A DNA stretch of 53,376 nt from Bacilli bacterium (GCA_023268805.1 JALRKT010000005.1:2413-55788), one strand, 5' to 3'; counted from the stretch's first letter, positions 31,011 through 39,937 are shown. Program-made: numbers and translations. Notes: generated by a model from the sequence alone, not told the origin.

Positions 31011-31460
31011 ATGAAAAGTTGGATACGTAAGTTTAAATTTTCTTCAACAAAATCAACATATTTTAAAGTCCATTTCGTATTACTGTTCGTGATAACGTTG
31101 ATTACCTTGATTCGTAGTTTGCTGCACATCTTTTTACCTGATGGAGGAGCGGGTGTTATTGCCACCATACCTTTAGAAAATTACAGTGAACCTGCTCAAG
31201 CAACCATTGTTTCGATGTTTGCCTTTTGGGGGTTATCACAAACAATGGTTGCCGTTGTTATGATCATCGTGCTCTGGAAAATGCCTCAATCAAGCCCCTT
31301 ACTCTATGTCTTAATAGCCTTTGAATATCTTTCGAGAATTTTAATTGGCCTTTATAAGCCCTTTGAAACCATTCAAACCGCGCCTGGTGTGTACGGAAAT
31401 TATCTTTTGCTTTTCATCGCCTTAGGCGCTTTATTGATTCACTTCATTCGAAACGATTAA
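31011..31460 (+). CDS. Hypothetical 4-TM membrane protein
   Basis: RSLLHIFLPDGGAGVIA motif, four hydrophobic segments, SD AGGAG. Confidence 0.7.
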   Translation: MKSWIRKFKFSSTKSTYFKVHFVLLFVITLITLIRSLLHIFLPDGGAGVIATIPLENYSEPAQATIVSMFAFWGLSQTMVAVVMIIVLWKMPQSSPLLYVLIAFEYLSRILIGLYKPFETIQTAPGVYGNYLLLFIALGALLIHFIRND

Positions 31461-31852
31461 AGCAGCAGCTGTCCGTCCGCGTCTTGATTGATTTGCCCTG
31501 ATAGAATTTGGACGCCTTCAATAAAACCCCAAATACCCGCGATAAACGGTCCCACGACAATAAACCACCCAAAGATGGATAAAAAGAGTTGGGTAAATCC
31601 GCGGTCGCGATAACCTAAATAAAAATTATGGACACCGAGATATCCTAAAAAGATACCAAGTAGACCGGCGATGAGTCGTTCACGCTGCTTGGGTGACGCA
31701 TTCTCGTTCGGCGAAAAAGGTAAGGGGTTGAAAGAAGGAGTTGATATCGTTGGTTTTTGTCTTGTCTGGAAAGGATTTTTTAAATTCGCTCCACACCAAA
31801 CACATTCTTTGGTTTTATCGTAGTTTTCGCGACCACATTTTGGACAATTCAT
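31457..31852 (-). CDS. Zinc-ribbon plus TM2 domain protein
   Basis: CPKCG...CVWCG; AGLLGIFLGYLGVHNFYLG...WGFIEG TM2 signature. Confidence 0.88.
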   Translation of the reverse strand: MNCPKCGRENYDKTKECVWCGANLKNPFQTRQKPTISTPSFNPLPFSPNENASPKQRERLIAGLLGIFLGYLGVHNFYLGYRDRGFTQLFLSIFGWFIVVGPFIAGIWGFIEGVQILSGQINQDADGQLLL

Positions 31853-31887
31853 TGTGAAACCTCAAGACTAAGTATAATATGAGCAAG

Positions 31888-32640
31888 ATGCATCTTAAAG
31901 TTCTTTCCCTTAATGTTCGCATTGATGTTCCGGTGGATGGGGTAAATCAATGGTCCTTTCGGCGTGATGCCATTCTTCAATATATTCAAACGCAACAACC
32001 GGATATTTGTTTTTTTCAAGAAGCGAACGCTTCGATGTACGCTTATCTTTCAGAACATCTCTCAGATTATGAAAGTGTTTATACTGGTAGGGATGCCAAC
32101 CGTCTTGGGGAGGGCTGCCCTATTTTTTTTAAAAAGAATCGTTTTGCCAGGGTGAGTGGGTATACGTTTTGGTTGTCGCATCATCCCCAAACCCCAGGTT
32201 CGATGGATGAAGAGGAAGGGTTTCCTCGGATCGCCACCCATCTTCGTTTAATGACTCAAGAAAAAAACACCATATCGTTTTTGAACACGCATCTTGCTTA
32301 TCGCTCTAAACGAAATCAAGATTTAAATTTGAAAGTACTTTTCGATTTTGTTCAATCCTTGCCAGTGGGTGAACCCCTCATCTTGGGTGGAGATTTCAAT
32401 ATGGAACGCTCCATCATTCAACCCTATAAACCAAGAAACCTTCATTTTGCTGGCGAATTCAATCATGATAAAACGTATCATGAGTTCCGTGGCGGAGAAG
32501 GCATCGCTCAAATCGACCATCTTTTACACTCTGATGTGGAAGAAGTGAATTTTCAGATTGATCAACGTCCCTTTTTAAATCGACAGTTATCAGACCATTA
32601 TCCTGTGATTGGAGAATTTCAAATATATGCCAACGCTTAA
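31888..32640 (+). CDS. Endonuclease/exonuclease/phosphatase (EEP) family protein
   Basis: SLNVR, PDICFFQE, TFWLS, NTHL, GGDFN, IDH, SDHYPV; start 31879 or 31888. Confidence 0.9.
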   Translation: MHLKVLSLNVRIDVPVDGVNQWSFRRDAILQYIQTQQPDICFFQEANASMYAYLSEHLSDYESVYTGRDANRLGEGCPIFFKKNRFARVSGYTFWLSHHPQTPGSMDEEEGFPRIATHLRLMTQEKNTISFLNTHLAYRSKRNQDLNLKVLFDFVQSLPVGEPLILGGDFNMERSIIQPYKPRNLHFAGEFNHDKTYHEFRGGEGIAQIDHLLHSDVEEVNFQIDQRPFLNRQLSDHYPVIGEFQIYANA

Positions 32641-33985
32641 TCGCCGCTTTAGAGGAACGTGTATTGACTACACCCACGATGGAAAAGGGGTGTTTAAGAT
32701 CGACCAACTTCCTGTTTTTATTGAGAATATTCTTGTCGGTGAGGAAGCCGATATTTTAATTACCAATCATCGTGGAAAATATGCAGAAGGACGCATAGAA
32801 AAGCGTTACACAACCTCATCTCAACGCGTGATACCACCCTGCCCATTTTATGAAGCATGTGGCGGGTGTCAAATTCAGCATTTATCGTATTCTGAACAAT
32901 TGAAAATGAAAAAAAGCCGTGTGGCAGAAGTGTTGCGACGGATGGGAGACTACAACGGAAAAGTAATGGACATTATCCCAAGTGAAATTCCTTTTCAGTA
33001 TCGAAATAAAGTTCAATTTCCTTTTGGTAAAAATGATAAGGGTGAATTAATCACAGGACTTTATCGTAAAGGAACACATCAAATTATCGACATTGATCAA
33101 TGTCTAATCGAACAAGCCGATGCCGATCAAATTGTTCAAGCGGTTAAAGCGTTTTGTATCGAACATCACCTTGAACCTTATGATCAAAAATATAAAAAAG
33201 GATTTTTACGCCATGTGATGGTGCGCAAAGCGACCGCTACAGGGGAGGTCATGGTCGTCCTTGTCACCGGCAAAGTGAACTTTCCTCAAAAACATGCTTT
33301 TGTCGAAGACCTTCAAAACAAATTCCCTCAAATTAAAACGATCATTCAAAACATTAATCCAGAGTTTACTGATGTGGTCTTGGGGTATCGCGAACACATC
33401 CTTTTTGGCCCAGGTTTTATTGAAGATGTTTTGGGTGGGTTACGCTTTAAAATTGCGGCTAAATCGTTTTACCAAGTGAATCCTGTTCAAACCGAAAAGC
33501 TTTATGCTAAAGCACTTGAATTAGCGAATATTCAAGCCACGGATTTGGTGTTAGATGCTTATTCAGGTGTAGGCACGATGACATTACTTGCTGCCCAACG
33601 TGCCAAACATGTCACTGGCGTAGAAATTGTCAAAGATGCGGTCATCAATGCGATTGAAAATGCGAAAGCAAATCACATTAAAAACGTTTCCTTTATTGAA
33701 GCCGATGCCGCACCCTATATGGTGGAGCGTACTTCCAAAGGTAAACAGTATGATGTGGTCATTGTCGATCCCCCACGACAAGGTTGTAGCACTGAGTTTT
33801 TAAATGCCTTAAAAATAATGAAGCCGAAACGATTTGTGTATGTTTCGTGTGAACCTTCTTCACTTGCGAGAGATATTAAAATACTCAGCGATTTTTATGA
33901 AGTAAAAGTGGTACAACCCGTTGATATGTTTTCTCAGACTTATCATGTGGAGACGGTGGTGTTGCTTGAGTTAAAAAACCGATAA
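32627..33985 (+). CDS. rlmD: 23S rRNA m5U1939 methyltransferase RlmD/RumA
   Basis: TRAM domain, CPFYEACGGC Fe-S motif, SFYQVN, DAYSGVG, DPPR, YVSC, VDMFSQTYHVE. Confidence 0.95.
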   Translation: MPTLNRRFRGTCIDYTHDGKGVFKIDQLPVFIENILVGEEADILITNHRGKYAEGRIEKRYTTSSQRVIPPCPFYEACGGCQIQHLSYSEQLKMKKSRVAEVLRRMGDYNGKVMDIIPSEIPFQYRNKVQFPFGKNDKGELITGLYRKGTHQIIDIDQCLIEQADADQIVQAVKAFCIEHHLEPYDQKYKKGFLRHVMVRKATATGEVMVVLVTGKVNFPQKHAFVEDLQNKFPQIKTIIQNINPEFTDVVLGYREHILFGPGFIEDVLGGLRFKIAAKSFYQVNPVQTEKLYAKALELANIQATDLVLDAYSGVGTMTLLAAQRAKHVTGVEIVKDAVINAIENAKANHIKNVSFIEADAAPYMVERTSKGKQYDVVIVDPPRQGCSTEFLNALKIMKPKRFVYVSCEPSSLARDIKILSDFYEVKVVQPVDMFSQTYHVETVVLLELKNR

Positions 33986-34071
33986 ATAAAGGGTTTTAGG
34001 ATATGTTCCCTGTTTCAACCCTTCGTTAAAACTCCTATCTTACTCGTGTTTTTTATTCAATCAAAAAATCG

Positions 34072-34088
34072 TTGTCTGTGGGAACATA
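34072..34088 (+). repeat. 17-bp direct repeat, copy 1 (TTGTCTGTGGGAACATA)
   Basis: 16/17 identical to 36563-36579; its 3' part is the inverted complement of TATGTTCCC at 34002-34010. Confidence 0.85.
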
Positions 34089-34309
34089 TTAAATAGCGAA
34101 AATAGGTTAATCTTTTAAGTGGTTTGTGAAGGTGAGCATATAAATCTAATGTTGTTCACTTTTTGGCTTACGTAAAACAAACCTATAAGCATTTGGAAAT
34201 ATTAATTAGCTGATTAATAATGACTTTACAATTTCTATTTATATTAGACAATTTAAAATTGAATTAACGATAGATTAATGTTAAAGTTAATAAAAATTGG
34301 GGAAATTGT

Positions 34310-35743
34310 GTGAAAAAATTTATTATTTTATTGTTTTCATTTTTGGTGTTAATACCAATCAAACCATTACCTGTAGATGCAGCAAACTTAATGATTTTGG
34401 ATGATCTAGGAACTTATGAGCAAGTTAGACCAGTCATGCAAACAGTCAAGGTAAATATTACTGCCGATATGGTTAGCAATATTCGAGCAACGGGGACAAA
34501 TGTGGTAACTGTAGAAACAAAACATTATTTTCTGTGGTTTTATACACACTCTACATATCAATACTATTACCTAACGGATATGTTCGTAGATCAAGTAGTA
34601 CAAACTAGAACTTTAAAAAATGATATTGACTCATTAATATTTGTAATTCAAGAGCTTGAGTATTTTACATCTATCTACGACAGTTGCAAAGGACAAGAGG
34701 CTACCGATTGTATTTTGGGCTTTGTTCGATCTATAAATAAGAATTATGTTGGAACTACCACTGAACTTGATATTTATAAAGCAGATGGTGTTTTTGATAA
34801 ATGGCTTGTAACATTGGGGCCAATTAATACCGATTTTGTAAGGTTTGTTGATACTAAAGATGGAAGTTTATTAGGTATTTCTGAATATTTTTCTAGTTTT
34901 GTTAAGGTTGGGGATTACAATGATAAAGTTCATCCAGTATTAACAAAAACCCCTATATTTAATGGCGGGTTGATTGATCCGTTTAATACAAGTGGAAGAA
35001 TAGATTTAACACATTTTTTTGCAAGCATGGACGGTATTTATAATCATACATCGGCTACTATTGATATTGGTTTGAGAAATTATGGGGATCAATTATCATG
35101 GGGTGGTGATTTACAAACTTTCGCACAAGAGCTACATAGCAAATCGCAAAATCTTAGCGTCATTGAAAACGAAATACTATCCTGGAACCCTTATGATAAT
35201 AGGCAACGTGATTTTTGTACGATTATAGGACTTAACAAATGCAGTTTTTCAAATAGTGACATGTTAGCTGACATTGATGCCAATAATGTTATGAGAGGAC
35301 TTATTAATAATGCTCCTGTCCCAATTTCCACTTACATTAACGGAATTACATACACTACATACCTTTACAATGACTTGAACAAACTTAGTGTTGCACTAGC
35401 AGGTTATTATAATGTTGTTAAATATGACAATAGTTATTTTCCAAATCGCTATTTAATGTTTATAAAAACTATCGGATTAAATGATGGAATGCAAACTATA
35501 ACTTCCACCAATCAACTTAGAGATAGAGTTTATAGAATGCTTAAAGTACAATACAATTCAACTGGAAATACAGATATGGGATTAGATTGGTATTCTGGAT
35601 TTAAAAACCTAGATTACTTAATGTGTATAGGTGGAAACCCAAATAACCCATTGGTAGACCTTAGATATCGTGAAATTGCCGCCAAATTGTTCTATGAATA
35701 CGTTATTCATATGAGTACAAAGCCAGCATACTATGGTTCATAA
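34310..35743 (+). CDS. Secreted hypothetical protein with DxxH...WxGDL...DxxxDxD motif set
   Basis: Signal peptide MKKFIILLF...VDA; motifs IDLTHFFASMDG, SWGGDLQT, SDMLADIDANN; AT-rich codons. Confidence 0.75.
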   Translation: MKKFIILLFSFLVLIPIKPLPVDAANLMILDDLGTYEQVRPVMQTVKVNITADMVSNIRATGTNVVTVETKHYFLWFYTHSTYQYYYLTDMFVDQVVQTRTLKNDIDSLIFVIQELEYFTSIYDSCKGQEATDCILGFVRSINKNYVGTTTELDIYKADGVFDKWLVTLGPINTDFVRFVDTKDGSLLGISEYFSSFVKVGDYNDKVHPVLTKTPIFNGGLIDPFNTSGRIDLTHFFASMDGIYNHTSATIDIGLRNYGDQLSWGGDLQTFAQELHSKSQNLSVIENEILSWNPYDNRQRDFCTIIGLNKCSFSNSDMLADIDANNVMRGLINNAPVPISTYINGITYTTYLYNDLNKLSVALAGYYNVVKYDNSYFPNRYLMFIKTIGLNDGMQTITSTNQLRDRVYRMLKVQYNSTGNTDMGLDWYSGFKNLDYLMCIGGNPNNPLVDLRYREIAAKLFYEYVIHMSTKPAYYGS

Positions 35744-36518
35744 CAATGCGTTTTCCCGGATAAAAATTTTTTTTCTATTGGTAATCCTATTCGATTTATT
35801 ACTAACTAGTTGTGTCGCCGGGAATCGTTATCAAAGCACAACATTGATAGTGGGGCCAATGGACTATAACTCAAACTACTACACTGAGAATGAGTTACTT
35901 TTTACATTGTTAGAATTCGATAAAGAAACTACCCTTGGTTTTGGGACAAGATACCGTACGGTCACTGAAGAGAATCAAACGTTAGGCTGGGCCATGTTAG
36001 ATGAAAAATATAGTCCTGAAGTTTATATTTATTCCGAAGATACTATTGACGAAATCACTTCAAAAATTAAAGACAGTTATTCAATCATTCACGAATATGT
36101 TAATCCGTACCCAGGAGGCACTGGTTTATTGAGTTCATTTATAAACTCTAAATTAATTTTTAATGATTCAAAAGGGGTGACTTTTACTTTTGATGTATAT
36201 GGAGGAGAAGTTGATTATTGCTCATGCAAAGCGGTGGTTCGCATGAACAAAATTATCTTCAGTATGGAAGAAGGTTATTTTGTTCCGGACATAATCAATT
36301 TTGTCGAATTCTTTTCTAACTCGAATGATTTTATTTCTTGGATGGATACTTTTTACAATCGGAGATTAATCGAGGGAGAATACTTGATTACATACTTGGG
36401 GTATGATTTCACAATTAATATCCCGAATAATTTTGATATCAGCATTTACCAAAGTTTATTAGGTAGTGGTTTTGATCCAATAAAATATTTTGATATTATA
36501 ATTACTAATCAAAACTAA
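35733..36518 (+). CDS. Hypothetical acidic lipoprotein
   Basis: Hydrophobic N-terminus with lipobox LTSC; overlaps the upstream gene by 11 nt. Confidence 0.7.
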   Translation: MVHNNAFSRIKIFFLLVILFDLLLTSCVAGNRYQSTTLIVGPMDYNSNYYTENELLFTLLEFDKETTLGFGTRYRTVTEENQTLGWAMLDEKYSPEVYIYSEDTIDEITSKIKDSYSIIHEYVNPYPGGTGLLSSFINSKLIFNDSKGVTFTFDVYGGEVDYCSCKAVVRMNKIIFSMEEGYFVPDIINFVEFFSNSNDFISWMDTFYNRRLIEGEYLITYLGYDFTINIPNNFDISIYQSLLGSGFDPIKYFDIIITNQN

Positions 36519-36562
36519 GGCTATAAATATGTTTCTCGACATCATCGAAAGTAGACTTAACT

Positions 36563-36579
36563 TTGTATGTGGGAACATA
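36563..36579 (+). repeat. 17-bp direct repeat, copy 2 (TTGTATGTGGGAACATA)
   Basis: 16/17 identical to 34072-34088; forms an imperfect inverted repeat with TATGTTTCTC at 36528. Confidence 0.85.
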
Positions 36580-36649
36580 AATGCCCCTAAAAATATGTTA
36601 CTTTACGCGTTTCAAGGCAAATTTTTCGAGCAATCGGGGAGTTTCAACG

Positions 36650-36688
36650 CACGTAGAAACCTGTGTATTGCTTCATTTAAAAGCATAA
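36650..36688 (+). pseudogene. Displaced rlmD 3' fragment (attR-like)
   Basis: CAC GTA GAA ACC TGT GTA TTG CTT CAT TTA AAA GCA TAA = HVETCVLLHLKA*. Confidence 0.85.
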
Positions 36689-36732
36689 TGCGTAATAATT
36701 TCTAATTCTAAACTTAAAGGAAAACGACAACA

Positions 36733-37512
36733 ATGCTTCTCCATAGTGTCCAAATCAAAGAATCGCAGAAAGACGTATTCCCATTTCACTTATCGTTTAT
36801 GAATCAAAAGATTATTTTTCGTCGTGAAGTGACGGTACTCATTGGTGAAAACGGTTCTGGCAAGTCCACATTGCTCGATTTAATGTCGCGAGAATTAAAT
36901 TTGTTTCGTATTGGAACGCCCATCCTTGATTTACCGACGATGAATATGGATTTAAGTTACCCTTTAACCAAACCCAAAGGTATTTATTTTTCGTCTGAAG
37001 ATTTTACCACCTATATTCACGAGATTGAAAGGGAAAAGAGGAGCGCGGCTGTGGAAATAGAAAGGGTTCAAATCGAGTATAAAAATCGTTCCCTTCTAGC
37101 ACAAAAACTTGCTTCCATGCCGCATCATCGCACCTTATCAGAGTTGACGAATCTCCACGATCGCGATTTACTTAAATCTTCTCACGGAGAAGCCTATCTA
37201 TCGTTTTTTAAATCAAGGATGAGAAAGAATCAACTCATGTTATTGGATGAACCAGAAACACCGTTGTCCTTTCAAAATCAATTAGTCTTACTGCTTTTGA
37301 TGAAAGAAGCGGTTAAGCAAGGGTGTCAACTCATTGTCGCCACCCATTCTCCCATTGTGATGTCCTATCCTAACGCATCGATTTTTGAAATTACAAAAAA
37401 AGGTTTGTCTGAGAAAAAGGTTGAAGAAGTTGAAAACATTTCGTTAATGAAACAATTTCTAAATCACCCGGAAGCCTTTTTGCATCATTTATTCAGCGAA
37501 CCCAATGAATAA
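36733..37512 (+). CDS. Stand-alone ABC/AAA-type ATPase (COG3910-like)
   Basis: GENGSGKST Walker A, SHGE signature, LLDEPE Walker B, ATHSP H-loop. Confidence 0.88.
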   Translation: MLLHSVQIKESQKDVFPFHLSFMNQKIIFRREVTVLIGENGSGKSTLLDLMSRELNLFRIGTPILDLPTMNMDLSYPLTKPKGIYFSSEDFTTYIHEIEREKRSAAVEIERVQIEYKNRSLLAQKLASMPHHRTLSELTNLHDRDLLKSSHGEAYLSFFKSRMRKNQLMLLDEPETPLSFQNQLVLLLLMKEAVKQGCQLIVATHSPIVMSYPNASIFEITKKGLSEKKVEEVENISLMKQFLNHPEAFLHHLFSEPNE

Positions 37513-37588
37513 GGCACATCATCGCTTTGTTTAGGGGTTTTGTTGTATTTCGTGGTGAGAAATCTATAATAGCGTTGAGGATAATAAT

Positions 37589-37822
37589 TTGTCATTTCAA
37601 GCGTATTTAGACACCATTAAAAAGCAAACCGGACTTGATCCCCAACAAATCAAAGAGAAATTTGATAAGCAAAGTATCTTGAAATCCACATTAACAGCGA
37701 CCGAATGGGTTGGTTGGTGTGAACATGATTTAAAACTAGGTCGTGGGCACGCGATGGCCTTGTGGAAATATTTTGTGGAAAAAGGTTGGTTTACACCTTC
37801 CACAACTCGATTAATAAAGTAA
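37589..37822 (+). CDS. DUF4287-like small protein
   Basis: MSFQAYLDTIKKQTG...LGRGHAMAL; TATAAT and GAGG upstream, TTG start. Confidence 0.75.
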   Translation: MSFQAYLDTIKKQTGLDPQQIKEKFDKQSILKSTLTATEWVGWCEHDLKLGRGHAMALWKYFVEKGWFTPSTTRLIK

Positions 37823-37866
37823 GAGTGTATCCATTTGTAAGTTTTAATGAATAGAGGTAGGGAATT

Positions 37867-38214
37867 ATGTTGTTTATGTTAATTATCAAAACGTCGCGAT
37901 TAGCCGAAAAAAATCCACCTCGTATGGATTTAAGGGAAAAAATGGATGTGTATAATGACGCGTTAGATGCTGCAGGAGTCAAAGTAATGGCAAAGGGTTT
38001 GTACCCTGATGCTCAAGGTTACAAACTTAAGTTTAAGAAGGACGGAAAAGAACCAGAATTGATTCAAGGTCCGTTCTTGAAAGATAGCAATCAAATCGCG
38101 GGATTTTTCATTCTCGAACTTCCTTCCATGACAGCGGCATTAGAGTGGCTCAAAAAAGCTCCTGATCCACAAGGTTTTGGCGAAGGAGAAATTGAATTAA
38201 GACAAATTCGTTAA
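37867..38214 (+). CDS. YciI/DGPF family protein
   Basis: M..YN.AL..AGV...GLYP, GPF, IAGFFIL, A.EW....P, IELRQ. Confidence 0.85.
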   Translation: MLFMLIIKTSRLAEKNPPRMDLREKMDVYNDALDAAGVKVMAKGLYPDAQGYKLKFKKDGKEPELIQGPFLKDSNQIAGFFILELPSMTAALEWLKKAPDPQGFGEGEIELRQIR

Positions 38215-38313
38215 ACAATTTACAGTAGAAATAATTTAATTAACACCTACTAACTTTCTCTAAAAGCACCTCTTTACAATAAGGTTGTTTTATGTGGTCC
38301 AACATTAATAATC

Positions 38314-38340
38314 AAAAAGAGCGACTCTGTCGCTCTTTTT
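38314..38340. terminator. Intrinsic terminator after the YciI gene
   Basis: AAAAAGAGCGAC-TCT-GTCGCTCTTTTT. Confidence 0.85.
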
Positions 38341-38427
38341 AACATTGATTCGAGTGACTCATAAGCGTATAATTTACACGCGGGGAACCGTGTGCTTTTT
38401 ACTTTATTTCATCCGTATAATAGGAGT

Positions 38428-38976
38428 ATGTCAAAACCACTATTAATTTCCGCCTTTGAACCTTTTGAAGGCCGTCTTAAAAATCAATCCATGGTCGTTT
38501 TAGAAAACCTTCAAGGCAAGATGATTCAGAAGGTTACCTTGCCCGTAGAATTTCAAAAAGGTTTTGACACCTTAAAAAGTTTTTGTGAACAAAATCAACC
38601 CAGTATTATCCTTTGTTTAGGGGAAGCGGCTGATGCGGTACCTCGCATCGAACATGTGGCTATTAATATGATGCATGCAAGAATCCCTGATAATTCAGGA
38701 TACCAACCTGAACTCGAACCCATCATTAAAAGTGGACCCACTTCGCGAACAACCCAGCTTGATTTAGAAGACCTAGGGAACTTTTTATCAAAAAAAGGGG
38801 TCTTATATCAACATAGTTTTCATGCAGGAACATATGTTTGTAACGACCTTTATTATCGTATGTTATCGGCATTTCCAGAACAACGCATCCTCTTTGTGCA
38901 TGTAAGTCATCGTGAAGAAAATCTTCAAACATCGATTCAAACCGTCCAAGCGATTTTGGATTATTTTAAAGAATAG
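38428..38976 (+). CDS. pcp: Pyroglutamyl peptidase I (start ATG 38428)
   Basis: AFEPF, RIEHVAIN, ARIPDNSGYQP, AGTYVCN, FVHV (Glu-Cys-His triad). Confidence 0.9.
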   Translation: MSKPLLISAFEPFEGRLKNQSMVVLENLQGKMIQKVTLPVEFQKGFDTLKSFCEQNQPSIILCLGEAADAVPRIEHVAINMMHARIPDNSGYQPELEPIIKSGPTSRTTQLDLEDLGNFLSKKGVLYQHSFHAGTYVCNDLYYRMLSAFPEQRILFVHVSHREENLQTSIQTVQAILDYFKE

Positions 38977-39673
38977 AATCAATTTTTAGGAGGAGATCAT
39001 CCATCGTCATTGATTCACATACCACATCATGGGGTTTTTCTTTCGTTGCGTGATCCGACACAATGGTTGTTTGAATACCCACACGAGCGGCGGCAGTATC
39101 TTCTACCCAATCATTGCCTATCATAAGGACCTCGTCTGCATGTACATGGGCTTCCTTCATAAGTTCGATAAAATATTCGGGATTAGGTTTACAGCGCTTG
39201 GCATTTTCCATCGTTGTTATTTTTTCAAACATATTAACATCAAGGCCTGCCCAAGCGACGCGTTGATGGGTTGCGAGGGCGGGAAATAACGGATTCGTCG
39301 CAAGAATGAGTCGCAACCCTTTTTCTTGTAAACGGTGAACGAATTGAACCGAACGAGCATCTAAAGAAGCGGATTTTTTGACTTCGGGGAACTTCGTTGT
39401 ATAAAACGTTTTTAAATGTGATTGAACGAACGGTGTTTCTTGGGGTAAATGGATCGAAAATGTTTGCCAAAACACCTCCATATTCGTTTTTTCAGATTCG
39501 TTCGCACGCATCGCGGCAGTTCCTTGTAAAATCGCATCAATGAGTAATTTTGGATTGACACCGAAGGGTGCAAAATATCGGCCTAATTCTCCGAAATAAA
39601 GTTGATAAAATAACGCTTCATCAATGGGAAGTAGGGTGTTGTCGAGGTCTAAAAAAACCACTTTTTTCATCAT
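38966..39673 (-). CDS. HAD superfamily hydrolase (start 39673 or 39670)
   Basis: FLDLDNTLL motif I, ATNPLFP, KP, MIGND...D; the ORF-track 5' extension overlaps the divergent gene. Confidence 0.88.
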   Translation of the reverse strand: MMKKVVFLDLDNTLLPIDEALFYQLYFGELGRYFAPFGVNPKLLIDAILQGTAAMRANESEKTNMEVFWQTFSIHLPQETPFVQSHLKTFYTTKFPEVKKSASLDARSVQFVHRLQEKGLRLILATNPLFPALATHQRVAWAGLDVNMFEKITTMENAKRCKPNPEYFIELMKEAHVHADEVLMIGNDWVEDTAAARVGIQTTIVSDHATKEKPHDVVCESMTMDDLLLKIDSIL

Positions 39674-39694
39674 TAATAAGAGTATAATCGAAGT

Positions 39695-39934
39695 ATGGTG
39701 AAGAAACCAAGTTGTGTGAACGAACACGGAGAAACCATCAAATATCACGCTAGTGGAAAAACCATCTGGTCGATGGGAAAGATAAAAAATGGTCAACCCG
39801 AAGGATACTGGCGTTGGTTCCGAATCGACGGCACCCTTAAGCGTTCGGGTTACTTTGAAAAAGGAAATCCCGTAGGAACATGGACAACCTATGATCACCA
39901 GGGCAAACCGTATAAAATCACAAAGAAGGGTTAA
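39695..39934 (+). CDS. Small MORN-variant repeat (YwqK-like) protein
   Basis: YHASG...G.IKNGQPEGYWRWFRIDGTLKRSGYF..G..VGTWTTYD..G. Confidence 0.75.
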   Translation: MVKKPSCVNEHGETIKYHASGKTIWSMGKIKNGQPEGYWRWFRIDGTLKRSGYFEKGNPVGTWTTYDHQGKPYKITKKG

Positions 39935-39937
39935 TGT

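Larger units (their letters stand above)
33944..36688. mobile_element. AT-rich genomic islet integrated in the rlmD 3' end, no recombinase gene
   Basis: rlmD tail HVETVVLLELK (33944-) duplicated as HVETCVLLHLKA* (36650-36688); spot-counted 60-nt lines give 28-32% GC inside versus 47% in a gyrA line; internal 17-bp direct repeats. Confidence 0.85.

Noticed and set aside
34000-36688. Islet repeats as a CRISPR array or IS terminal inverted repeats
   Set aside because: Only two long copies 2.5 kb apart, no regular spacers, no cas or transposase gene; the duplicated rlmD tail points to site-specific integration
39674-39898. 75-codon N-terminal extension of the HAD hydrolase
   Set aside because: Antisense to the 39695 gene; HAD motif I starts right after Met 39673/39670
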